DNA of 64,000 nt, from positions 559,219 through 623,218 of the forward strand of contig CBDFLD010000023.1 in NCBI GenBank assembly GCA_965249005.1, written 5' to 3'. The notes under the pieces were generated by a model that worked only from the letters and a program-made list of their open reading frames with translations, searched no databases and was not told the DNA's origin. Below are positions 35,725 to 46,236 of this stretch, in pieces. Source of the DNA: Acidobacteriota bacterium (GTDB lineage Bacteria; Acidobacteriota; UBA6911). The position numbers were made by a program, and so were the translations under genes. Every line of letters starts with the position of its first letter. Position 1 is the first letter of the stretch.

Positions 35725-38357
35725 TCATCGGAAGTTCTCGATCAGGTTGATGTCTTGGCTCACGGTCGTATCTTTAAAGGCGTAGTAAATCCACTTCTCA
35801 TCGGGGGTCGCCGAGATACTATTCGTGTAGAGCGATACGGACCCTTCCTTTCGAAGTAGCAGGGTGTCACGTCCGGTCTTCAAATTGCGATAGTGAAGCG
35901 AGAACCCTCCCCCACCTCTGTCCTTTGCGTAGTAGAGTCGATCCTTCACGATATCAAACCCCGAACGGGCTCTTTCGTCCAAGACCTTCCGCTCCTCGCC
36001 ACCCTCAACAGGAACTCGCCAAATACTTCCGTCCTTCTTCTGATAGTAGATGTACTCTCCATTCGCCGATGCACGTGGGCTGCCCCCTCCCTTTCGCGTC
36101 ACCTGGATTGCCTCCCCTCCCTCCGCTGATATCTTCCAGATCTGACCGCCTGAAGCGAAAGAGATCCAGCGACCATCATGGGACCAACCCGGACTGACTT
36201 CGGTAGCAGGACTAGTGGTCAGACGTTCCGGTTTTCCTCCTTCGGCATCCACGACATAAATATCCGGTTTGCCCTCCACGATTGAGACAAAAGCGATTCT
36301 CTGACCGTTGGGAGACCAATCGGGGCGAGCGCCATCTTGGTTGGCCAACCTAAATGAACCCGAGCCATCCGCTTTGGAGGCCCAGACCTGTAAGTCACCG
36401 CCCCTCGATGATGTGAAGGCAATCTTCTGGCCATCGGGGGATACCCTGACTTGATGATCCATGTACATTGGACTCGTGTAGATGATGCGCTCCGGGGCCG
36501 GCTTTTCCTCGTTGTTTGGGTTGTTTGGACCAGGGGTGCGCCATATCTCGTTGCCTTTCCCCACGCTTTGCACAAACACGAGGCGATCCCCGCGGACACA
36601 CGGGCCCACGGCTCCAAGCCCCGCATCGGTTACGATTTCCGGCTTCCCGCCAGAAACAGGTACCCGAAAAAGGTGATTGCCAGCTTGTCGACCTTTCCAT
36701 GCCGAAAAGATGATCTGTTGGCTGTCACGTGACCACGTAGGGCAACGGATGTTTCTGTATTGCTCAAAAGTCAACCGCTCGGCCTTGCCACCTTCCACCG
36801 ATTGGATCCAAAGGTCGCCATAAAAAAACCCACGCCCCGAGCGGACAAAAGCCACTTGCGTTCCATCCGGTGAAAACGACGGCGCGGTATCACCACCAAT
36901 TGCAGCGTCGGGAGGATCTGTCAGGTCTGTTTTGTCCCCTGTTTGTGGGGAGATCAGGACAATTCGGGATTGTCGATCGTCCGGATACGCTCTGCCGCGG
37001 CGATCCAGGTCCCGTCCGACGACCAGGATAGTCCGTTCTTTGGGCCTACGAGGTCGGAAACTTTACCCGGATGCCCTCCCAAGGAGGGAATGGTGTAGAG
37101 CGCTGCCTTCTCTTCGGTCTCCCGAATAAAAGCCAATTTTGTACCGTCCGGGGACCAGACTGACGCTCTTTCAGTCTCCGAGCTACTGACTACAGGGAGC
37201 GTTGCCGTTCCCTCGCCGATTTGCGTGACGTAGATATCCCAATTGTCACCCTCGACTCTTGCGTGATAGGCCACCTGGGTACCGTCGGGTGAAAGTTGGG
37301 GGAATCTCCTCATTCGAGCGTCCGTGGTGATGGGCCTGATCTGGATGGGTTCCGTGGGAAGATCCGCAACCGTGTCCGTCTCGGGCCAGTAGTAGATTCC
37401 GGCAGCTACGGCAATTGCCAGTACGACCAAAGCCCCACCTATCCACAGTGCCGCTCCCGGACGCTTCTTGGGTCTTGCCTCTACCTCATAACGAGGTATA
37501 GAGACTCCCGTCAGAGAGTCCCGCTTCAGCCGGCTCAGGTCCGCGAGGAGATCCTTCGCCGACTGATACCTCAGCTTCGCATCCTTCTCCAACGCCTTCT
37601 CTATCACACGTATCACGTCATCCGGCAACTCCGGCTTGATCCGCACAGCTGACGTTGGCACCTTCGTCAATATCTCGTTGAACACAACCCCGGTTGTCGC
37701 CCCCTTGAACGGTTGCGTCCCCGTCGCCATCTCATACAACACTACCCCAAACGAAAACAGATCCGTACGAGCATCGAGTTCCTGTCCCTTGACCTGCTCG
37801 GGTGACATGTACGCTGCCGTCCCCACCGTCGATCCCGGACTCGTCAGATTTGTTTCTGTCGCCATGGACGCAGAGTCCGACGACTTCTCCGTCGATTTTG
37901 CCAAACCAAAATCCAGGATCTTTAGCTGCCCACGTTCTGTGATGAAGATATTCGCCGGCTTGATATCCCGGTGCACGATCGCCTTGGAGTGCGCTACCTC
38001 CAGCGCGTCGGCAATCTGAATCCCCAGATCCAGCAGCTCTTCTGTTTCTATTGGCTTGCTCTCGATCCGCTCCTTCAGGGTCTGCCCATCGAGATACTGC
38101 ATCGTGATGAAGGGTTGACCCTCATGTTCTCCAATATCGTAGATGGCGCAGATATTGGGGTGATCCAGAGCAGAGGCTGCCCGTGCCTCCCGCTGGAACC
38201 GTTCCAGGGCGTGTCGATCTTTGGATAGGCTCTCGGGAAGGAACTTCAAGGCGACGTGGCGGCCCAGGCGGGTGTCTTCGGCCTTGTAGACCACGCCCAT
38301 GCCGCCACCGCCAAGTTTGTCGAGGATTCTGTAATGGGAAATAGTCTCGTCGATCAT
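35725..38357 (-). pseudogene. Ser/Thr protein kinase - TM - TolB/PD40 beta-propeller, paralog 2 (single frameshift)
   Basis: Kinase, TM and propeller are complete, but a -1 frameshift near 36975-36985 separates ORF 36954-38381 from the frame open to 35725. This could also be a sequencing error. Confidence 0.45.
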
Positions 38358-38397
38358 GGTCGTAGGCGCAGTGTCGCTCACGGATAGAGCGACCTAC
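38358..38397 (-). promoter_or_regulatory. conserved 40-nt structured leader of STK-TolB paralogs (copy 2)
   Basis: GTAGGTCGCTCTATCCGTGAGCGACACTGCGCCTACGACC immediately 5' of the ATG. It is identical to the leader of paralog 1 (35660-35699) and contains the hairpin GTCGCTC-n7-GAGCGAC. Confidence 0.35.
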
Positions 38398-39944
38398 TAA
38401 AAAATGTACTTCAATGCGAACTGGATGGTTCGTGGGTCGTCGGCTCGTAGGATTCGCACGGAATCTGGACGGTTGACATTGATTATGGTGAGGTTGTTGT
38501 TGATACTGGGCGCGCCCAGGTGGGGCGTGTTGGTGAAGTTGAAGGCTTCGAAGCGAAACTGCAAGCGATGACCTTCCCAGGGCATGGGAAAGTATTTCGA
38601 CGCCAGAAAATCGATGTTCTTGAACCCTGCTGCTTGGAGTATGCCCCGTCCGACATTGCCATGCTCACCCGGAGGGCCCGCCTCGAAAGCATCTGGGTTG
38701 AACCAGCGCATCGAATCGCGCTCGGACTCGGGAAGATTGGGATCTGCCACCAGGTTGCCTCGATAGGAACCCCCAGCTTGCGCAAAATTGGGAGCGAACG
38801 TGGTGCTCACCCATGGACCGGTCTGCAACGTCAGGATGGCGCCGAGCTGCCATCCACCGAGAATCCAGCTGGCGGGCCCCGTCTGCAGCCGTCCCTTGCC
38901 TGTCCCGAACGGCAACTCGTAAATGGTGCTCAGGTTCAAGGCCAAATTCCGGCTCAACCCCGAGGGACCATAGTTCCTCCTAATTTCCTTGATATGTGGA
39001 GAATTAGGTTGCCCCCCTCTAAAGAGAGCCTCTCCTCTCTCATTAAGGCTCGGCACATTGTAGTCGAGGGTCTTCGACCAGGTAAAAGCACTCAGGAAGC
39101 TCAAGCCATCGCTGAATCGTTTCTCGACTTTGGCCGTGAAAGCGTTGTAGTTGGCGTTGAGATTGTTTTCATTGACTTGGAAGTTATTGAGCCGAAATCG
39201 GGTGTTCGATTCCGAGGCCGCCGGCGTCCGCCGCCTGGCCTGCGGAGAAGTAGTCCCCGGCTCTAGTGGGGCAGCTACGTTTCGCAGCCACCAGGGCATG
39301 TGGGACTGGGCCTGGCCGTTGTAGCCCAAGGTCAACAGGATATCTGAGGGCAGCTGATGCTGGATGTCCAAGAACCACTGGCCGCTGCTGATCGTGGGTA
39401 GAGAGTCGGGGACAATGCCGGCACCAAAACGTGCATAGATGTTGGGATCCCCTTGCGTCAGCTCGAAGAGCGGAAACCCCTCCCCCACGAGCACCTGGGT
39501 CGCTGTGAAGGTGGAAGACGTCCTCAGCCCTGTCACACTCGGTCCGCCCGGCAGAAAACGGCGGGTTTCCAGCTGCGCTGTTCCATTCTCCGAATAATAG
39601 TAGCCGGCGCCGGCCCGAATCACCGTGTTGTCCGTCAATCGATAGGCAATCCCGAGTCGGGGTGCGAAGTTCTTCTTGTCGAGCATGCAACCGCAGTCTC
39701 CTTCACTTTCGGGAAATTGCCAGCGCTCGAAACGAATTGGAATGACGTCTGACGTTTCGTCAAAGGGGTATCCTGAAAATACCGGCTTGGCGACCGGGCT
39801 GCCAGAACTTAGATCTCTGGGTCGTGGCTGCATGAAGAGCTCCCAGCGGAGGCCCATGTTGATGGTCAGCCGGTTTGTCACTCTCCAGTCGTCTTGAATG
39901 TAGACGCCCCAGTAGGGATTGGCAATATCTTCGCCGATTGGCAA
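38397..39944 (-). pseudogene. TonB-dependent receptor, C-terminal fragment (split by IS)
   Basis: Starts ...IGEDIANPYWGVYIQDDWRV and ends with the C-terminal aromatic ...FALKYIF, the TBDR barrel terminus. Collinear with the N fragment across the IS. Confidence 0.6.
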
Positions 39945-39947
39945 GAA

Positions 39948-40539
39948 AGTGAATTACCCTCGCCTGAAGGCGAGGGCTTCGGTCGTCGGCTGAAGCCGAC
40001 TAAAGGCCTCGCCTCATAGAATGGCCTATTCCGTTATCTTAAAGTCCCGGTCCTCCTGGGGCTCGACACCTTGTTGCTCAATGTACTGCTTGATCACTTC
40101 GTCCGTCACATTTCCTGTCGTACACACAAAGTACCCTCGTGCCCACAGGTGCCGGCCCCAGAACTCCCTTTGCACCGACCTATATTCCCTCATTAGATGG
40201 TGACTGCTCTTCCCCTTCACGGCCTGCATGATTCGGCTCGGCGACACCTGCGGCGGCATGCTCAACATCAAGTGCACATGATCTGGACTCACATTCCCTT
40301 TCACAATCACCACATCCTCAGATGCACAGATCTCTCGGATCAGCTCTCTTGTCCTTCTGGCTATGTCCCCCTTCAGGACCGGCTTGCGGTACTTCGTGAT
40401 AAACACAAAGTGATATTGCAGCTCATAGACTGTGTGCGATCCTTTCCGGTATCTCGGCATGCATCATTGTACCGCAAGCCTCCTAAAGGCTTCGCCTGAA
40501 GGCGAGGGATTTCACCCATCCCCGAGTGGGACATTAAAA
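39948..40539 (-). mobile_element. IS200/IS605-family insertion sequence (tnpA only)
   Basis: ~590 bp with subterminal hairpins CCTCGCC-TGAA-GGCGAGG (39958-39975) and CTTCGCC-TGAA-GGCGAGG (40490-40508). AAAGT is present at both junctions. Carries a Y1 transposase. Confidence 0.7.
40026..40460 (-). CDS. tnpA: IS200/IS605-family transposase TnpA (Y1 HUH)
   Basis: 144 aa: HTVYELQYHFVFITKYRKPVL, HVHLMLSMPP (HuH) and ...WARGYFVCTTG (catalytic Tyr region). Confidence 0.8.
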   Translation of the reverse strand: MPRYRKGSHTVYELQYHFVFITKYRKPVLKGDIARRTRELIREICASEDVVIVKGNVSPDHVHLMLSMPPQVSPSRIMQAVKGKSSHHLMREYRSVQREFWGRHLWARGYFVCTTGNVTDEVIKQYIEQQGVEPQEDRDFKITE

Positions 40540-42437
40540 GTAGCATTTGTCCAGCCCAGCATGGCGTCGGCCAGTGGGTGTCCGGTCCTGTTCGCGCTGG
40601 CTGGGTTGGAAAACCGGGCTGTGAACTTGCCACTGCCATGGAAATTCATCTGCCCGAAGGGGGTACCCTGGGTACGATCCGATCTCCAGCTGCGGAACTC
40701 TCCGCCAAACTTGAGACTATGTTTCCCGACCATGATCTGGAAGTTGTCGGCAATATAGAGGGTGTCCAGCACCGTGGTATTGGTACCCCCACCGGCACCT
40801 CCACCGACACCGGAGTACCCTCCGACCCCAAAGAAAACAAGCCCCTTTTTGAATTCGTCACTGCCGAAGTCCGGAAACTGGTCGATGGCCGCGTTCTTGA
40901 CGCCGAAGACCGCATTCAAGTTCTCCGTGTGTTCATCGACGCGCGCGGAGGGAAAGTGCGTATAGCCGAAGCGAAACTCGTTGTGCATGCGGGCGCCAAA
41001 CGTCGCGTTATAGTTGAGGGCCACCTGATGGCCTGTGAACTGGAGAATACTGGATGTCCTGGCAGGAAACGGCAACGGCGGGCCTCCGATCCTGTCCTCG
41101 CTGCGATGGGAGTAGCGGCCAAACATTCGGTGGCTGTCGTTGAAGTTGTGGTCCACGCGCACGTCATAGACCTCGTTGTCGTTGCGGAACCGCTGAACAA
41201 CAAAGTAATTGAGCCGACTGAATTCCTCGCCCGGAACGTTCGGCAGCGGGTAGAGCTCGAGCACTCTCATCGCAACCGGATCCATGCGGTTTTGAGGAAT
41301 GATGCTCCCTTCAAAGGGCTGGCGCTCGCCGCCGGGACCACGCGTGAGCGGATCATAGATCAGGCGGCCGCGGTTGGCCCCGCCTACCTCCTGAGAGAAG
41401 TTGCCCTGCCGGGCCATCGGACTGGGAACGGACTGAAGGAAGGACGCCCCGCCTTCGCGTAGCCGTGTGCCCTGAAAGCTGACGAAGAAGAAGGTCTTGT
41501 CTGCAAAAATGGGCCCACCAAGGGTTCCGCCGAACTGATTTCGAATGTAGGGTGGGGGCGGTGTTGCCTCGCCCGTAATCGGGTTGGGTGGGGGCGCATC
41601 TCGATTGAACATAAAGTGGTTGGCGGAGAAGGCACGGTTGCGGTGGAAATGATAGAGGCTGCCGTGGAACCGGTTGGTCCCGCCCTTGGTGGAGACAATG
41701 ACCTGCGCCCCCGCCTTGTAGCCGTACTCCGCCGATACGTTGTGGGTGACGACTTTGAATTCAGAAATGGCGTCGACCGAGGGCTTCAGCGTCTGGGCCT
41801 GAGTGATCAACGGCCCCTGCACGGTCCTTGCGGCATTGTCCACTCCGTCCACCAAGATCGCGGTCTGGTCAAACGGCAGGCCACCAGATCGATAACCCCC
41901 TTCCGGGCTCGTTTGCTCCCCTCTTCCCCCCTGCCCGCCTCTCAATATACCCGGACTCAGACCCGCCAGCGAGAGGTAGTTTCTACCATCCAGAGGCAAC
42001 TCGTGGATTTGCTTTTCTTCTATCACCGTACCGGCGCTGTGGGCCTGTTGCTCGATTCGGCTACTCGCAGCCTTGACTTCGACTCTGAAGCTCGCCTGTC
42101 CCACCTGAAGCTGGAAGTCATGTCGCACGACCTGTCCTAAGCCTAGGCCGATCTTGGTCTGGACCGTGTCGAAGCCGACATTCCCACAGGTCACCTGATA
42201 GAGGCCTTCCTTGAGCAGCGGCACCGAATAGAAGCCGACTCCGTTGGCAATTGCACTTCTCACGACTCCGGTGTCGAGGTTCGTTACCGTCACCTCCGCG
42301 CCGGGAATGACGCCGCCCGATGTGTCGGCAACGGTCCCCTGAATCTCAGAGTCGCGCGCCAAGCACGGGGTAGCTGCAAGCAAGTACCCCACAAGCAGGA
42401 TCAACGGGAGTTGTCGAATTTCTTTCAGGGTAAACAT
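40512..42437 (-). pseudogene. TonB-dependent receptor, N-terminal fragment (carboxypeptidase-regulatory-like domain + plug + barrel start)
   Basis: Signal peptide MFTLKEIRQLPLILLVGYLLAATPCLA, then a CarboxypepD_reg-like domain (GTVADTSGGVIPGAEVTV...GFYSVP) and plug/barrel. GGAGG RBS before ATG 42437. Ends ...TNATFNVP, then IS-derived codons and a stop. Confidence 0.6.
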
Positions 42438-42622
42438 TGTCGCCTCCGAAATGAAACGAACAGATTCAGCAAACCTGAAGGATCTCGCCGGCGAAGCATG
42501 GACGCCTGGACCTGCCGATTCCCCGTTCCAGACGGATAATCGACGGCTCGAGTAAGAGAAGCTTGTTCTTTCCAGTTTACCCATCCGATCCTCAACCTTC
42601 AATCGTTTCTCGCGCTGCCGAT

Positions 42623-44493
42623 AGGGGTAGGGAGGCCCGATTGAGTTCGATCCCCCCTCCCTCCGAACCGTACGTGCGGTTCTCCCGCATACGGCTCTCC
42701 AGTTGGTGGTCTTACCTCGACGAGGATTGACGGACCAAGCCATGGGCAGTCGCCAAGGAATACAGCCCGTGCTCAGCAAAGTAGGAATTCCGCCAGCGTT
42801 GATGATCTCGCCCGCGGCCACGTCCCTTCCGACCGCATCGCTTTCGCAGTATCGATCGCAGTCGCATCCGGACCCAGCCATCTATGGGCTCAAAGGTGTT
42901 GCTGTGACTCTGCTTGAAGTACTCAAACCAGCCTCGCAGCGTCGCGTTCACATCCTCGATGATGTATGCCAGACTGTGGCCATGGGCACGTTTTGTTTTC
43001 GCCCGGATGGTCGTTCTGAGTTTCTTCAGGCTCTTCTTCCGTGGCCAGCGATACTGGGCTCGAAAGTGATACCCCAGAAAGTCAAATCCCTCCGTCTCAG
43101 CATCCACAATTCGCGTCTTCTCCGGATGAAGCGTCAGACCAGCTTCCGAAGTCCACGCCTGTACCAGAGCCAAGGCCGCCTCTGCTTCTTCTCGCGTACG
43201 ACACAAGATGACAAAGTCATCAGCGTAGCGCACCATTTGAAAGCCTCGCTTGGCCATCAGGTGATCGAGCGGATTGAGGTAAACGTTCGAAAGCAAGGGA
43301 CTGATCACGGCGCCTTGCGGACTACCAGATTCTGGAGTCCACTGCTTCAGACCATCCATGATCCCTTGCTTAAGAAACTGCTCAATCAGTCGGAGCACCC
43401 GGCCGTCGCTGACTTTCTCTCGCACGCGTGCCATCAACTTATCATGCGGAATCGAATCGAAATAGCCTTTCAAATCCGCGTCCACAACGTAGCCGTAGCC
43501 ACTCTTCCTCAGCTCAACAACACGTCGAAGCGCGTCCTTGCAGCTGAGTCCGGGTCGAAAGCCGTAGCTATGCTCGGCAAACTCCCGCTCGAAGATCGGT
43601 TCCAGCACGTTGCGAAGCGCGGTTTGAACTACACGGTCGCGCACCGTCGGGATACCGAGTGGTCGCTTTTCCTCACCTCCCGGCTTTGGGATCCACACGC
43701 GTCGGACCGCGTGTGGCACGTAGGTGCGTTTCTGCAAGGCTTGTGCGATGCGTCCCAGGTTCTTGTCTCGGTGTTGCGAGAACTCATCTATCGTCACGTG
43801 ATCCACGCCAGCGGCTCCCCTGTTCCCGGCCACTTGTATGTATGCCGAGAGCAGGTTAGCTTCCGCAAACACCTTGTCGATCAGTCGGGCCCATTTCCCT
43901 CCTTGCACTCCAGCCTCGAGTGCCGTCAACATGCGGTCCGTCCAAACCGTCGCTTCCGTCCACCTCCATCGGCTGCGGACTTCTCCGTCGGGTTGAGTCC
44001 GAGGGCGTTTCCGACCTCTAAACACTGCGCCCGGTTGTTGTTCCGACTGTTCGGTCATCCCGCATCCACCTCCCTGCGTCCCTTTGCTCCACGAGTGTTA
44101 GCTCGCTTCTTCGCTACTATGGACGCTCTGACTCCTGAGCTACCGGCTCTTCGGCTCTCCTTCGAGTATGAACTCCGTCTTGGCTGTCGCTCAGGTCTCC
44201 CTGCTTTACGTGTTTGGCCTTCAGAGCATTCCGTCCCCAACCACCTGACTGCCCCTGCCGTCGCTTTTGCACACAACCCCTCAGCGCGACAGGCCTTTCG
44301 GGCTTCGCCATTACCTAGCAGGCTCGCCAGTCAGCCCGGCCGAAACGGGTTCGCTTTACTACGGACTGCTCGTTCACCTCCAGTTGCTCTCCACCCCCTT
44401 TCACAAGGACGCAGTTACTTTCAGTTACAGGCCGGAGTGTGTATGCCTGACGAGGACTTTCACCTCGCTAGCCAAACACGCTCGCAGGCGCAC
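42623..44493 (-). mobile_element. group II intron (bacterial, class C-like, En-minus)
   Basis: 5' GUGCGCC at 44493 (minus). Domain V GAGCCGUAUGCGGGAGAACCGCACGUACGGUUC at 42667-42699. Domain VI with a bulged A ends ~42623. The RT/maturase ORF sits in domain IV. Confidence 0.65.
42712..44058 (-). CDS. group II intron reverse transcriptase/maturase
   Basis: RT motifs: RVWIPKPGGEEKRPLGIPTVRDRVVQ (RT1-2), FRPGLSCKDAL, YVVDADLKGYFDSIPH, GSPQGAVISPLLSNVYL, VRYADDFVIL (YADD). Maturase X domain present, no En domain. Confidence 0.8.
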   Translation of the reverse strand: MTEQSEQQPGAVFRGRKRPRTQPDGEVRSRWRWTEATVWTDRMLTALEAGVQGGKWARLIDKVFAEANLLSAYIQVAGNRGAAGVDHVTIDEFSQHRDKNLGRIAQALQKRTYVPHAVRRVWIPKPGGEEKRPLGIPTVRDRVVQTALRNVLEPIFEREFAEHSYGFRPGLSCKDALRRVVELRKSGYGYVVDADLKGYFDSIPHDKLMARVREKVSDGRVLRLIEQFLKQGIMDGLKQWTPESGSPQGAVISPLLSNVYLNPLDHLMAKRGFQMVRYADDFVILCRTREEAEAALALVQAWTSEAGLTLHPEKTRIVDAETEGFDFLGYHFRAQYRWPRKKSLKKLRTTIRAKTKRAHGHSLAYIIEDVNATLRGWFEYFKQSHSNTFEPIDGWVRMRLRSILRKRCGRKGRGRGRDHQRWRNSYFAEHGLYSLATAHGLVRQSSSR

Positions 44494-44787
44494 TAGGTAT
44501 CTCACTCCGTGAGCGACAGCAGCATCCGTATATTGCGTCTCTCGGCGAGAGACGCCTACGGACCACAAACCCTTTATTGCGATTCCTCCGAGTACACGGG
44601 CTTTGTTAACAGTTGTGTCGCCGCAAAGTCATTAGGGCCAGGTGACGTTTCGGTTAAGGTTGAGTCCAAAGCGATTGGATCACTGAGCGACACCTTGCAA
44701 ATGATTGCTTTTTCAACATGTTGAACGACCTGCCCTCCTTGCTGTACAATTGCTTGCAACTGATACCCTCCGGAGGAAATAAAGGGG

Positions 44788-46236
44788 ATGGAAGGCGATT
44801 TCCGTCTGGGAGATTGGCTGGTTCAGCCACAGCTGAACCAGATTGTCGGATCGGGCCGGGAAACGACCGTCGAGCCCAAAGTCATGGATGTGATGGTCTA
44901 TCTGGTCGAGCACGGTGACGAGGTCTCCTCCAAAAAAGACATCATGGAGGCGGTCTGGGCCGACACCTTTGTCACTGACGGCGTGCTCAAGCATGCCATC
45001 TTCGATCTGCGTAGAGCCCTCGAGGATGACGCCCAGAATCCCCGCTTCATTCAGACAATACCGAGAAAGGGCTACCGCCTGATGGCCGCGGTCACGAGGC
45101 CGGGGCCTGACGAGGATTTCCGCTACCGCATCGTAAATAGGCTCGGCCAGGGGGGAATGGGAGAAGTTTTTCTGGCAGAGGACAGCTTACTGCGCCGGAA
45201 GGTGGCACTGAAGTTTGTTCGAGAGGACAAGCAGGCAGACGAGACCTACAGGAAGCGCCTCTTGAGAGAAGCGCCCTCGGCGGCGGCATTGGATCATGTG
45301 TATATCGCCAGAATCTACGACATGGGGGAGCGGGATGGAAAGGCATTCATCGTCATGGAGTATGTCGAAGGTCCCACGCTGAAGGAAACACTGGGCGGCG
45401 GTCCGTTACCTGCTCAGGAAGCACTCCCGTTGGCGGCACAGATGGCAGCGGCTCTGGAGGAAGCCCACAACAAAGGAATCATTCACCGGGACTTCAAACC
45501 GGCAAACATAACCGTCACATCCGAAGGAAGGATAAAGGTCCTCGACTTTGGCCTGGCCAAGGCCGTCAGTAGCGAGTCTTCCGCAGCGGACCTGTCAGAT
45601 TCGACCAGCATTACGATTGAAGGAGGCCGGGCGGGGGTCATTGCAGGGACGACTCCGTATATGTCACCGGAGCAGGCACGCGGTCAGGCAGTGGACAAGC
45701 AAACCGATATCTGGGCCTTCGGATGTGTGCTGTATGAGTGTCTGGGAGGAAAGAAGCCGTTCGACGGCGAAACGCCGACCGATGTACTGGGTGCGCTTGT
45801 GGGCAAGGAGCCGGACTGGGATTCACTGCCCGGCGATACCCCTGCCGGGGTTCGTAGTCTACTGACTCGTTGTTTGCAGAAGGATGCGGACAAGCGGCTT
45901 CACGACATTGCCGATGCCCGGATCGAGATCGAGGATGTGCTGGCGAACCCAGAAGGCTCGGAAGTTTCTTCTCCAGCGGTGACTCGAGTAAGCTGGCGCT
46001 GGGTCGTTCCTTTGGCCTTGGTAATCCTGGCGCTGGGCGCTGTGATCGGTGCCGTCATCTGGAACCTAGGCACGGAAACGGCGGAGAGTAGCTCTGGGAT
46101 TGGCGCGTTTCGGAGTGAGATCAACCTTCCGGAAGGCGAACGGCTCGTTCATAATTTCAAGCATGGCTTCGCACTTTCTCCTGACGGAACACGCCTGGCC
46201 TTTGTGTCCGCGACGGAGACAGGTCAACTGACATGA
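44788..46236 (+). CDS. winged-helix (CadC/OmpR trans_reg_C) - Ser/Thr kinase - TM protein, truncated at start of PD40 region
   Basis: N-terminal trans_reg_C ([26 protein letters not shown]...PRKGYRL), then a kinase domain ([22 protein letters not shown]) and a TM helix. Ends ...[19 protein letters not shown], overlapping the next ATG (ATGA). Confidence 0.55.
   Translation: MEGDFRLGDWLVQPQLNQIVGSGRETTVEPKVMDVMVYLVEHGDEVSSKKDIMEAVWADTFVTDGVLKHAIFDLRRALEDDAQNPRFIQTIPRKGYRLMAAVTRPGPDEDFRYRIVNRLGQGGMGEVFLAEDSLLRRKVALKFVREDKQADETYRKRLLREAPSAAALDHVYIARIYDMGERDGKAFIVMEYVEGPTLKETLGGGPLPAQEALPLAAQMAAALEEAHNKGIIHRDFKPANITVTSEGRIKVLDFGLAKAVSSESSAADLSDSTSITIEGGRAGVIAGTTPYMSPEQARGQAVDKQTDIWAFGCVLYECLGGKKPFDGETPTDVLGALVGKEPDWDSLPGDTPAGVRSLLTRCLQKDADKRLHDIADARIEIEDVLANPEGSEVSSPAVTRVSWRWVVPLALVILALGAVIGAVIWNLGTETAESSSGIGAFRSEINLPEGERLVHNFKHGFALSPDGTRLAFVSATETGQLT

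Noticed and set aside
39948-40539. Apparent terminal inverted repeats of the IS (GTGAATTACCCTCGCC / GGCGAGGGATTTCAC)
   Set aside because: The inverted-repeat appearance arises because each end contains the same self-complementary hairpin. I kept the IS200/IS605 (hairpin-end, TIR-less) interpretation, supported by the Y1 transposase.
40578-42140. Plus-strand ORFs (40578-41462, 41616-42140) inside the TonB-receptor region
   Set aside because: They are antisense shadows of the receptor N-fragment with no motifs.
42703-44496. 597-aa plus-strand ORF covering the intron region
   Set aside because: It is antisense to the group II intron RT, has low-complexity R/S/P-rich translation and no domain. 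It is a shadow ORF of the high-GC intron sequence.
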